Position numbers and translations under genes: made by a program | Source: a virus | Direction: 5' to 3' (one strand) | IMG/VR virus record: IMGVR_UViG_3300005573_000004 | Coordinates: 85,962 to 149,961 of that record | Length of the DNA stretch: 64,000 nucleotides | Shown here: one piece after another, positions 20,303 through 28,840 of the stretch | Layout of the letters: every line of letters begins with the position of its first letter | Position numbering within the stretch: position 1 is the stretch's first letter | Notes under the pieces: generated by a model | What the model was told of the DNA's origin: nothing | Seen by the model: the letters and a program-made list of their open reading frames with translations, nothing else | Database searches by the model: none

Positions 20303-20476
20303 ATGAAAAAACTGAACAAAGAGAAAATTGAAAAATGTGAAATGTGCGGTATGTTCACAGTCGAGACTATTAAAGTAGTAGGTCCAAAAGGTTTCGTGCA
20401 TTTGTGTGTTTCTTGTTATAATAAATTTTTTAAAAACAGATATAAAAAGTCAAATAGGAGTTCAGAACATGAATAA
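20303..20476 (+). CDS. 57-aa CxxC...CxxC zinc-finger protein (not in ORF track)
   Basis: Manual translation MKKLNKEKIEKCEMCG...HLCVSCYNKF; weak RBS. Confidence 0.5.
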   Translation: MKKLNKEKIEKCEMCGMFTVETIKVVGPKGFVHLCVSCYNKFFKNRYKKSNRSSEHE

Positions 20477-21308
20477 TAATTATTTAAAACAATTAAAAGC
20501 TGCAAATATGTGGTTACGTAGAATAGCAGTACGAACACCGGAACAGACTGTAAAACAAATTTTATCTGATCTTAGAAAAGTTAATAAAGAATTAAAAGAT
20601 ATTCGTGCTGCTGTAAAAGATGGAAAATATTCAGAAATTTCTGAACAAGTTCAAGCTGCTATTTCTTATTTACAAGCTATTGACCACGTATCAAAATCTC
20701 CAACTGCAAAAGCTATAGAAGAAAAACGTGAGAAAAATCTAGCAAAAAATATATCTGAAACTAATGAAGAAGATGAAGATGATGAATCAGAAGAAACAGA
20801 TAAAGCAGATGAGTCAGAAGAAACGGATGAGGATATAGATAGATCTTTAGGACTAGGATTTTTAACTACAAAGTCTAGACTTTTATCTATTATTAAGAAT
20901 TCTGCAAAAGATTTTCCTACATCTTGGGAAGAGCCTATGATGGAAATTAAAGGTTCTATGAAAGTTGAGATAGTACCTCAAGGAAATGATGAATATTTAA
21001 TTAAAGGATATTGGATGACAGATCCAAAATTTAAAGCAGAGAAAAAAATTAAAGGATTAGATCAGATAAGTAATGCTATTATAGAACTTGAATATATGAT
21101 TTTAGATCAAAAACCTTTAAAACCTGGAAATTCTTCTAATAAGACAAGTTCTAGTATTAATTTTGATAAACTTGGTAGAATTGTAAAAGAAAAAGGCGGA
21201 TATTACGTCAAAAGTGAAAAAGGTAAAAATCTTGGTGGGCCATATAAAACCAAAGAAAAAGCGAAAAAAAGGCTTCGCCAAGTAGAATATTTTAAACATA
21301 GAGGGTGA
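20469..21308 (+). CDS. Multi-module putative internal head protein
   Basis: ATG 20469 after AGGAG (track start 20406). Acidic linker; C-terminal basic KSEKGKNLGGPY...A.KRLRQVEYFK module preceded by SSINFDKLG. Confidence 0.6.
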   Translation: MNNNYLKQLKAANMWLRRIAVRTPEQTVKQILSDLRKVNKELKDIRAAVKDGKYSEISEQVQAAISYLQAIDHVSKSPTAKAIEEKREKNLAKNISETNEEDEDDESEETDKADESEETDEDIDRSLGLGFLTTKSRLLSIIKNSAKDFPTSWEEPMMEIKGSMKVEIVPQGNDEYLIKGYWMTDPKFKAEKKIKGLDQISNAIIELEYMILDQKPLKPGNSSNKTSSSINFDKLGRIVKEKGGYYVKSEKGKNLGGPYKTKEKAKKRLRQVEYFKHRG

Positions 21309-21312
21309 TTAA

Positions 21313-21630
21313 ATGTCCAGTTTTATAAATTTCAAAAAATTGGCCTCGATGAGTTCTAATAAAATAAGAAAAATTTCTACTAATTTGTTGGAATGGATAG
21401 AAAACACAAAAAAGATGAATGAGAAATATCCAAGTCTTGTCAATTTTTTAGAAGCGGTAAAGGAACATTATTTGAGGAATTTTAGTGATGATCCAAAAAT
21501 AAGACAGATGGGGATTTCTCTTGAACAAGCTAAGAATATAATTTCTTCTGCTCTTGGCAGACATAAAGAATATAATTTAGATTTTCAAGCGTTACATAAT
21601 GCAACAGAAACATATTTTTCAAAAGACTAA
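21313..21630 (+). CDS. Leader-bearing putative internal head protein
   Basis: Starts [12 protein letters not shown]. Confidence 0.6.
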   Translation: MSSFINFKKLASMSSNKIRKISTNLLEWIENTKKMNEKYPSLVNFLEAVKEHYLRNFSDDPKIRQMGISLEQAKNIISSALGRHKEYNLDFQALHNATETYFSKD

Positions 21631-21639
21631 CTACTAAAT

Positions 21640-22005
21640 TTGAGGTGTTTTATGGAAGATGCACAGCTTAAGTTAATTTTAGAATCTTTAAAAGAATTAA
21701 AAGATGAGGTTAAATCTATTAAAAAGCTCCTAAATGGAAACGGAGAAATTGGTTTATTAGAAGCTCATAGAGATTTAGAGCAAAAATTTACTAGTGTTAG
21801 CGTAAGAGTTCGTGCTATTGAAGAAGATGTTAAACCATTAAAAGAGTCTTCTTTTAAAAGAAATACATTAAAAGAATTTGTCAAACAAATTGGGGTTATT
21901 TTAGCAACTATGTCGCCTATCATAATTCCTACGCTTATTTGGATGACAAAAATTTGGGACAAACTTAATCAGTTAGTTCCATTGGATACAGTTATTAGAA
22001 AATAA
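21640..22005 (+). CDS. Coiled-coil membrane protein (holin/XhlA-like candidate)
   Basis: Coiled coil with LNGNG..GL motif and a single C-terminal hydrophobic segment; likely start ATG 21652. Confidence 0.45.
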   Translation: MRCFMEDAQLKLILESLKELKDEVKSIKKLLNGNGEIGLLEAHRDLEQKFTSVSVRVRAIEEDVKPLKESSFKRNTLKEFVKQIGVILATMSPIIIPTLIWMTKIWDKLNQLVPLDTVIRK

Positions 22006-22022
22006 AAGGAAATAAAAAATTT

Positions 22023-22472
22023 ATGAGTTTTATCAATTTTAAAAAAATGACAAAAATATCTAAAGAATGGTTTCCGAATTTGGAACCACACGAACAATAT
22101 TCATATGTTACTTCTCATAGTAACCAGCCAGAATTACTAAAAGAGTTATATCCTAGTGCAAAAGATGATATAACTCGTTTGGAAATAGTAAATATAACTG
22201 GAGATAGTGATCTTGCAGAAAGATTATTTATTAATACTAAATATCCGTTAATAAAAGCACGTCTTGTTCCTTTTATAAAAAATAAGGAGTTATTAAGAGA
22301 CTTTTTTGTATCGTATATTAATTCTGCAGAAGCATTACGAAAAGTTAAAACACGTTTAACGGATGAACAAAATAGAGCTTTAATCCAAAGTATGAAAGAA
22401 CTTCATTTGTTGCCTGATAATATAAATACAGAGTTTGAAGATATGAAAAAAAGAAATCCAATGATAGACTAA
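22023..22472 (+). CDS. Leader-bearing putative internal head protein
   Basis: Starts [13 protein letters not shown]. Confidence 0.6.
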   Translation: MSFINFKKMTKISKEWFPNLEPHEQYSYVTSHSNQPELLKELYPSAKDDITRLEIVNITGDSDLAERLFINTKYPLIKARLVPFIKNKELLRDFFVSYINSAEALRKVKTRLTDEQNRALIQSMKELHLLPDNINTEFEDMKKRNPMID

Positions 22473-22488
22473 GGAGGATAAAAGGTAT

Positions 22489-23379
22489 ATGTTTACTAAA
22501 ATTGCAGAATCAGCAATTATAGATATTAAATCAAAACCTTTAAATTTGTTTGAAGAATTAGCACAAAGGCACGCTACAGAATATGCCAAAGTTGCTACAT
22601 TGGGAGAGGAAGATATTCGTAAACAGAATTATAATTTATATAGAACTATAGCAGAAAAGAAACCGAATCTGTTAGCTTTTGCAACTCGTGCTATTTCTGC
22701 ATATGAAACTTGGGGTCCAAACAAGAATGGAGATGCTTTTGAACGTGCAGAATTAGAAAAATATTATCCTACATTTTTTATGCGTCCGCATTTATTGGAC
22801 CACAGGATGGAGATCCCATATATTCGTGGAATGATAGCTGGAAGTTATTGGCGTCCTTTAACAAAAACGGCATCTAATAGACCAGATGGAGATTATGTAG
22901 AGACTTTAATTTTTGTAAATAGAGATGATTTTCCAAAATATGCATCAATGGTAGAAAACGGTACTGTAAATTCGTTTTCTATGGGTGTCGAAGTTCAAGA
23001 AGCTGAGTGTAGTCATTGTCATAACATAGCCAGAAATCCATCGGAACTCTGTGAATGTGTTTCAAGGTTAAAAAATTTAGTAGTTGGAGGGCGTAAAGTT
23101 TTCGAATTTAACCGTGGTTTGAATTTTATTGAACAATCTGCTGTAGTAAGTCCAGCTGATGTTGATTCACATACTTTGTATATTTTAGCTAGTGTAAAAA
23201 ATACAGCTCATCAAGATGTAGAAAGATTAAAAAAGATAGCTTCTGTACTTGATAGTTATTCAGAAACTGAAAAACAAATAAGACGATACGAATATCAGAT
23301 GTTAGAAGCATATGCCAATCAATTGGCAGATAAGATAATGCTCGATTTAAATATTCTTCCAAGGAGGCCCAATTTATGA
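22489..23379 (+). CDS. Prohead maturation protease (HK97/herpes-type fold) with Cys cluster
   Basis: N.NGDAF...EL, LLDH (His), SFSMG (Ser) and FIEQSAV..PAD motifs; CSHC...CEC insertion. Confidence 0.75.
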   Translation: MFTKIAESAIIDIKSKPLNLFEELAQRHATEYAKVATLGEEDIRKQNYNLYRTIAEKKPNLLAFATRAISAYETWGPNKNGDAFERAELEKYYPTFFMRPHLLDHRMEIPYIRGMIAGSYWRPLTKTASNRPDGDYVETLIFVNRDDFPKYASMVENGTVNSFSMGVEVQEAECSHCHNIARNPSELCECVSRLKNLVVGGRKVFEFNRGLNFIEQSAVVSPADVDSHTLYILASVKNTAHQDVERLKKIASVLDSYSETEKQIRRYEYQMLEAYANQLADKIMLDLNILPRRPNL

Positions 23380-24530
23380 GCTTTGTAAATTTTAAAAGAA
23401 TTGCAGCAGAAAGGAAAGTTAGAGCTTTATGGAGACGTGCGAACCAGAATTTGCCTTTGTTTTTGTCACAGTTAGAAGACACTTTTCAATCACCAGAGGT
23501 TAAGAAAAAGTTTCAAGATTTAAAGAAAAGATATCTTGAGAATCAGATTGCTGAAAAACTGCTTTTACAAGAATTAACCAAACTTTTAGAAGAAGATATG
23601 AATTATATAGATAAGACGCAACACGAACAAGATAAAAATCTTTTTGCTCCACCTATATCAAATCCAAAAACATCTAGATCAACATTTAGAAATACTCGTT
23701 TACTAACTGCCGAACAGTTTAATCTTTTATGGAAGTTTTCAGGTTTTGATATTTTATCTTTCTTATTAAAATTAAAGAATTTAGTAAAAGATCCTCAAAG
23801 TATAAAAGAATTGGACGCTTTAAAAAAAGCATATTTAGCTAATAAAATGGACGAAAAGACTATTTTAAATAGAGTTCAATATATATTAGATAAAGATATG
23901 GCTTATACGGATGCTTTTTATCGTCAAAGAGATAGAGAATTATTTTCTCCAAAAACTAACAAAGCCAGTTCTTTATATAATCGTAGATTAGTTATTGCAA
24001 ATTTATGGAAACGCGCCGATAAGGATCCTATAGTTTTTTTAGATGAATTGATAAATAATAATACATTTCAGACTCCAGAAGTGTTAGAACAAGCTAAAGC
24101 TTTAAGAGCTAAAGCTGATAAAATGGATAAACGTGTCCTTCTTGATAAAATACAAAAATTACTAGATGAAGATGCTGAATTGTCTCTAGAATCTGCAAAA
24201 GATAGAGATATAGAAATAGCTAAAAAGGATCCATTTTATGCTAGACAGTATGAGACTCCTGACTATGACTTTACAAATACAGATACAGAAGAATGGTCAC
24301 CAGAGGATTATAACGTTATAAATATTTTTGAATCTAATAATAAAAAAAGTTCTAATTTTAAAAATAAAAGATATATTTTTGGAGAAGAAATATCAGATGA
24401 AGATTTAAATAGTATACCTACTGATCCAGATAAAATTTCTGATTTTGCGCAAAAGAAGAGAGAGTTGGCAGATAAAGCGGAAGAAATAGGAAAGATTTTG
24501 CAGGAATTGAAGCAATTGAAAAAACAATAG
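23376..24530 (+). CDS. Leader-bearing protein with three internal ~90-aa helical repeats
   Basis: Starts [11 protein letters not shown]; repeats of LW(R/K)....FL..L...L..D. Confidence 0.65.
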   Translation: MSFVNFKRIAAERKVRALWRRANQNLPLFLSQLEDTFQSPEVKKKFQDLKKRYLENQIAEKLLLQELTKLLEEDMNYIDKTQHEQDKNLFAPPISNPKTSRSTFRNTRLLTAEQFNLLWKFSGFDILSFLLKLKNLVKDPQSIKELDALKKAYLANKMDEKTILNRVQYILDKDMAYTDAFYRQRDRELFSPKTNKASSLYNRRLVIANLWKRADKDPIVFLDELINNNTFQTPEVLEQAKALRAKADKMDKRVLLDKIQKLLDEDAELSLESAKDRDIEIAKKDPFYARQYETPDYDFTNTDTEEWSPEDYNVINIFESNNKKSSNFKNKRYIFGEEISDEDLNSIPTDPDKISDFAQKKRELADKAEEIGKILQELKQLKKQ

Positions 24531-24541
24531 GAGTATAACTT

Positions 24542-25438
24542 TTGTTTGGATATCTGCATAGTTTCATCAGACAGGCATTTATCAGAGAGATCCAGAATTT
24601 ATTGGATGAACATCCGTTTTATACTAGATCAAAAGATTCTGGATTTCAACGTTCTCCTGTAGTAGTTTCAGAGAAATATAATTTTGATGGCAGACAATTT
24701 CCAGCGGTAATTGTTGATACTTCTAGTGCTTCAGAATTTAGGCTAGATTTTACTAATTTTATTGAAGATGTTTATGGGAACGTAAGATTAACAAGTATAA
24801 TTCCTTACGTAGTAACCAAAGTAGAAACAGATAAAACTTATTCTAAGCCTAGAACTGACAATGTATATGGATTGCAATTTGTTAATATTGGTCGAGATAA
24901 TAAACGAGAAATTAATCTAAGAGTGTCTGATGGAAATGCAGGAACATATAGCTATTTTGCTGTAAAGCCTTGGGAAGTAAGAAATGATATTATACCTGGT
25001 GCAATATTGTTCTTTGGAAGTTTTAATGATATAGAACCTGGTAAAGTAATTTATATTGAAACTTTTAAAGACACTACTATACTTGGCGAATTATATGGAA
25101 AAGGTTTTGATTTTTCTATAAGTATAAATGTTTATGCCCAATCACAAAACGAAGCAAAGGAATTAACAGATTTAATAAACGCTTATGGAGTGTATATTCT
25201 TCCACAGCATCTACATAATGCTCATGGTTTTGTATTAAAATCTATGAAAACAGATGGTGTGATTGAAAAAGATGGAGAATTAGGTGAAGAAGTATTTAAA
25301 GGTGGATTTAGCGTTGATCTTTGGACTGAACATCAGTTTTTTGTTCCAGTTGATAGAGCTGAGAGTTATACACTTTGGGTAGAATTACGTGAACGTGTAG
25401 ATCATTTGGTGAACCAATTATGGCAATACACGGAGTGA
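24542..25438 (+). CDS. Tail completion / terminator-like neck protein
   Basis: FPAVIV and INVYAQS..EAKELTD motifs, upstream of the sheath gene; AGGAG plus TTG start. Confidence 0.5.
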   Translation: MFGYLHSFIRQAFIREIQNLLDEHPFYTRSKDSGFQRSPVVVSEKYNFDGRQFPAVIVDTSSASEFRLDFTNFIEDVYGNVRLTSIIPYVVTKVETDKTYSKPRTDNVYGLQFVNIGRDNKREINLRVSDGNAGTYSYFAVKPWEVRNDIIPGAILFFGSFNDIEPGKVIYIETFKDTTILGELYGKGFDFSISINVYAQSQNEAKELTDLINAYGVYILPQHLHNAHGFVLKSMKTDGVIEKDGELGEEVFKGGFSVDLWTEHQFFVPVDRAESYTLWVELRERVDHLVNQLWQYTE

Positions 25439-25441
25439 TTC

Positions 25442-26191
25442 ATGTCTAGTTATATTCCGAATAGTAATCCTAGAGAATCAAGATATATACCTAAATCAAA
25501 AGAAGAACGTATATATACTCATACATTTCAGAGTTTAACGGATTTATGGGATCCTAAAGAAATGTATGATCGTAATATTATTAAGGAAGCAACAGGTGGA
25601 CAGAATATTCTAGATGAGCATATAGAGAGGCTTCAGAGGCTCATAGAGGCACGTGGTAACTATGTATTTTTAGTGAAGCGGATACTTGACGGAGACTATT
25701 GTAGTTGCTATAATCCTATTAGTAAGGAAGTTATGAGAAAGTATTGTCTTGAATGTTATGGAACTAGGATTTCAGGTGGTTATAGGCTCTTTTATAACAA
25801 AGATAGAGTAGATGGAAAAATCATTATATCTCAGCCATTTGCTGATGAGTCTATTTCAATGGAAGAATGGGGCAGAGATTGGAAAGAGGAATTAGAAGGT
25901 TGGACTTTACCTTGGATTCCTTTAGAAAATGGTTCTACAACATTTTCATATGATTTTATAATTAAGTATAATGAGGATGGAACAGAACTCGGAAGATATT
26001 ATATTACATCTGTTAAACCATCTAGAGCCATTGGAAATAAAGTTACGTATCAAAGATTTTCTATGAGACTTGCTGATAAACCAACCTATGAAATAGGTCG
26101 CAATGGTGAGAAGATTATTTCTCGCCGTGGCGATATTATATATGAAGTAGATATTAATAAGTTAGATAAAGTATTTGGCGGAAAACCATAA
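25442..26191 (+). CDS. Head closure / neck protein with zinc motif
   Basis: G..CSC...C..CYGT...GGY motif; position in the neck cluster. Confidence 0.55.
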   Translation: MSSYIPNSNPRESRYIPKSKEERIYTHTFQSLTDLWDPKEMYDRNIIKEATGGQNILDEHIERLQRLIEARGNYVFLVKRILDGDYCSCYNPISKEVMRKYCLECYGTRISGGYRLFYNKDRVDGKIIISQPFADESISMEEWGRDWKEELEGWTLPWIPLENGSTTFSYDFIIKYNEDGTELGRYYITSVKPSRAIGNKVTYQRFSMRLADKPTYEIGRNGEKIISRRGDIIYEVDINKLDKVFGGKP

Positions 26192-26202
26192 AGGAGGATT
26201 AA

Positions 26203-26538
26203 ATGAAAGATTTTCAAAGAATGTATAAAGCATTAAATGTTAATCCAGGAGAAACTAAAACACTTGTTATTAGTAGAACTGAAGCTGTTAATAATAAATT
26301 TGCTTTTGTCTTTAGTGGAGTTGGTTCAGGTGATTTATATCAATATGCAAAAATATGGATATTAGCTGGAGCGGCAGATAAAAAAGTTAATTTGACAGAT
26401 TGTTTAGATATTATTTTAGATTGTGGTGATGCCGGATGTATTCTTACAGTGGACTTTCCAATAGTAAGTGATATTGAAATATCTATTACTGGTCCAAGTA
26501 ACGGTTTATCACTAGGTGTTCATGCAGGAAATGATTAA
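26203..26538 (+). CDS. Hypothetical protein, tandem paralogue A
   Basis: First ~40 aa and C-terminal SLGVHAGND nearly identical to the next gene. Confidence 0.75.
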   Translation: MKDFQRMYKALNVNPGETKTLVISRTEAVNNKFAFVFSGVGSGDLYQYAKIWILAGAADKKVNLTDCLDIILDCGDAGCILTVDFPIVSDIEISITGPSNGLSLGVHAGND

Positions 26539-26574
26539 GATTCTCCGTAAGATTTTTGAATAAAAGGAGTCTAC

Positions 26575-26916
26575 ATGAAAGATTTTCAAAGGATGTATAA
26601 AGCATTAAATGTTAATCCAGGAGAAACTAAAACACTTATTATTAGTAGAACTGAAGCTGTTAATAATAAATTTGCTTTTGTCTTTAGTGGAGTTGACCGT
26701 TCGGATGTAATAAATCATGCAAAAATATTGATAACGGCTGGAGCTGAGGATAAAAAAATTGATTTAGTACAATGTGGAAGTCGTGTTTTAGCTTGCGGTT
26801 TTCATGCGTGTATTCTTGTAGTAGATTACCCTATAATGAGTGATATTGAAATAATACTTATTGGGCAGCAAAGAAGTGGTGTTATATCACTAGGTGTTCA
26901 TGCAGGAAATGATTAA
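26575..26916 (+). CDS. Hypothetical protein, tandem paralogue B
   Basis: Duplicate of 26203-26538 with a divergent middle. Confidence 0.75.
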   Translation: MKDFQRMYKALNVNPGETKTLIISRTEAVNNKFAFVFSGVDRSDVINHAKILITAGAEDKKIDLVQCGSRVLACGFHACILVVDYPIMSDIEIILIGQQRSGVISLGVHAGND

Positions 26917-26940
26917 ATAAACTCTAAAGAAAAGGAGTTT

Positions 26941-28827
26941 GTGGATATGTATTTAGTACATACAATTAGAATAGCATTAGCAAAAGAACAAATGGAAGAG
27001 AAGAAAGCATTTATAGTAGAAAATATAGTAGATGTCGCATTAAATCTACTAGATAATAGAAATCTTATACAAGCTTTAATGAAACTTAATCCATTTGTTG
27101 TGATTGAAAAAGGTACATATAAAACTACATATAAAGCTATAGAAACTGTTGAGATTGAAAATTTAATTAGATATATAGTATCTTCTCATTGGCATGATAT
27201 TTTATGGAAGTTTGCAAGCTTAGATAAAGACGACTGGAGTAAAGACGCATTTATAGCAGTATCTAATGTTTATTTAAATAAATATTTAAGTAGATTAGAA
27301 CAGGAGCAAAAAATAAAGAGAATATTGAATCCTTTGTCACCTGATTCTTATCATAAAGATAAAGATTCTGTAATATATTATAAAATCCTTCCAGAAGGAT
27401 ATAGTATATCTGGAAGGAAATCCATGAAAAAGTATTTGGAAGAACAGGAACCTACATATGCTAGTTATGTTGACGAATTAGTAACATCGCTTGATCGTAG
27501 AGCAACTCCAAATGATTATGTAGCGAAGCTCTTAGAATTTATTTTTAAATATCCAAATAAACCAGAAGTTATGTGGATATTAAATACTGTCAATAAATCT
27601 TTTTTTACTATAAAAAGAAAGGATGGATCTACATCATATATTGATAATGAATTATACGATGCAGAACTCTTTAAACTTTTACGTGAAAAGAATATTTCTG
27701 ATAAAAATTTACCCTTATATGAACTTTTAGCAAAAACAGTTGAAGACTTAACGCCAGAATTAACCGATTCACAAACCAGAATTTCATTTGATAAATTAGT
27801 AAGGGATAAGAATATTATTAATCAAATTATTGATAAAGTTAAAACTAAGGAAGGACTTACGCAATTTTTTGCTAAATTTTTAGATAATTATAAAGCTCAT
27901 ATAGAGAAAAAACGAGAAGAACGAAAAAATCGCCAGTCTGTTTATGCGGTTACAGTTTCATTTAAATCTAAAAATGATGATGATAATGGTAAATATAAAG
28001 ATTTAGACGCTGTTCTTGAAGAATTACCTGACGACTCATATACTGTTGAGGATTTGAATGATAAAATATATTTTTCCGATAAGCTTGTTAGGATGATTTA
28101 TGCACAAGTATTAGCAAACATATTACAGCAAAATGTATTTCCAAAGATGAAAGCAATACTTAATACTGATGAGATTGCGAATATTATAAAAGATATTATT
28201 GAAACATTATTAAAAGAATGGCACCTTGATACAGAGATATTAGGTTTAGAAAGCTTTACACCATCGATAGCTTCACAATTTCAAAAAGTATTAATAGATT
28301 TATTAGAGAGAGAGCTTAATCCACAAAAGTTGTCGAAATATTTTGATATTCAAACAACTGTTGACGATACAAGTAGTATTATTAACTTACGTAATGTATT
28401 TTTTGAAGTGACAGAAGAAATAATTAAGGAAGCTATACAAAAATTAATACGTATATCTGCTGGAACTTCTGGAACTCCTGGAACTCCTAGAACTCCTGGA
28501 ACTTCTGGAACTCCTAAAACTCCTGGAATAGTTGGAATAAAAATATTTGAGACGCGAGCATTTCAAATTGCTCTTGCTGCGGCTTTAAATGTAAGAGTAC
28601 TTAGATCTATTCTACCTGAAGTTGAAAGTAACTTACAAAACAACTTTGAAACTGTAAAAACTAACTTTATAAACTTTCTTCTTGGGTCTAAAAAGAGTAA
28701 AAAAGATAAAAAATATATTGAAGACTCTACGGAGGGAATACTTAGTGATATAATTAATGAAGTTAAAATTTTGAGAACAAATGTAAGCAGACGTAACAAT
28801 CAAACAGAAAAAACGCAAAACACATAG
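26941..28827 (+). CDS. Large helical hypothetical protein (possible internal virion protein)
   Basis: 628-aa ORF with AAGGAG RBS; no recognised motif. Confidence 0.6.
   Translation: MDMYLVHTIRIALAKEQMEEKKAFIVENIVDVALNLLDNRNLIQALMKLNPFVVIEKGTYKTTYKAIETVEIENLIRYIVSSHWHDILWKFASLDKDDWSKDAFIAVSNVYLNKYLSRLEQEQKIKRILNPLSPDSYHKDKDSVIYYKILPEGYSISGRKSMKKYLEEQEPTYASYVDELVTSLDRRATPNDYVAKLLEFIFKYPNKPEVMWILNTVNKSFFTIKRKDGSTSYIDNELYDAELFKLLREKNISDKNLPLYELLAKTVEDLTPELTDSQTRISFDKLVRDKNIINQIIDKVKTKEGLTQFFAKFLDNYKAHIEKKREERKNRQSVYAVTVSFKSKNDDDNGKYKDLDAVLEELPDDSYTVEDLNDKIYFSDKLVRMIYAQVLANILQQNVFPKMKAILNTDEIANIIKDIIETLLKEWHLDTEILGLESFTPSIASQFQKVLIDLLERELNPQKLSKYFDIQTTVDDTSSIINLRNVFFEVTEEIIKEAIQKLIRISAGTSGTPGTPRTPGTSGTPKTPGIVGIKIFETRAFQIALAAALNVRVLRSILPEVESNLQNNFETVKTNFINFLLGSKKSKKDKKYIEDSTEGILSDIINEVKILRTNVSRRNNQTEKTQNT
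28460..28528 (+). repeat. 9-bp tandem repeat (GTP/GTS)n in CDS
   Basis: ctggaactc/ctggaactt units, about 7 copies. Confidence 0.85.
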
Positions 28828-28840
28828 GAGGTAGTAAATT

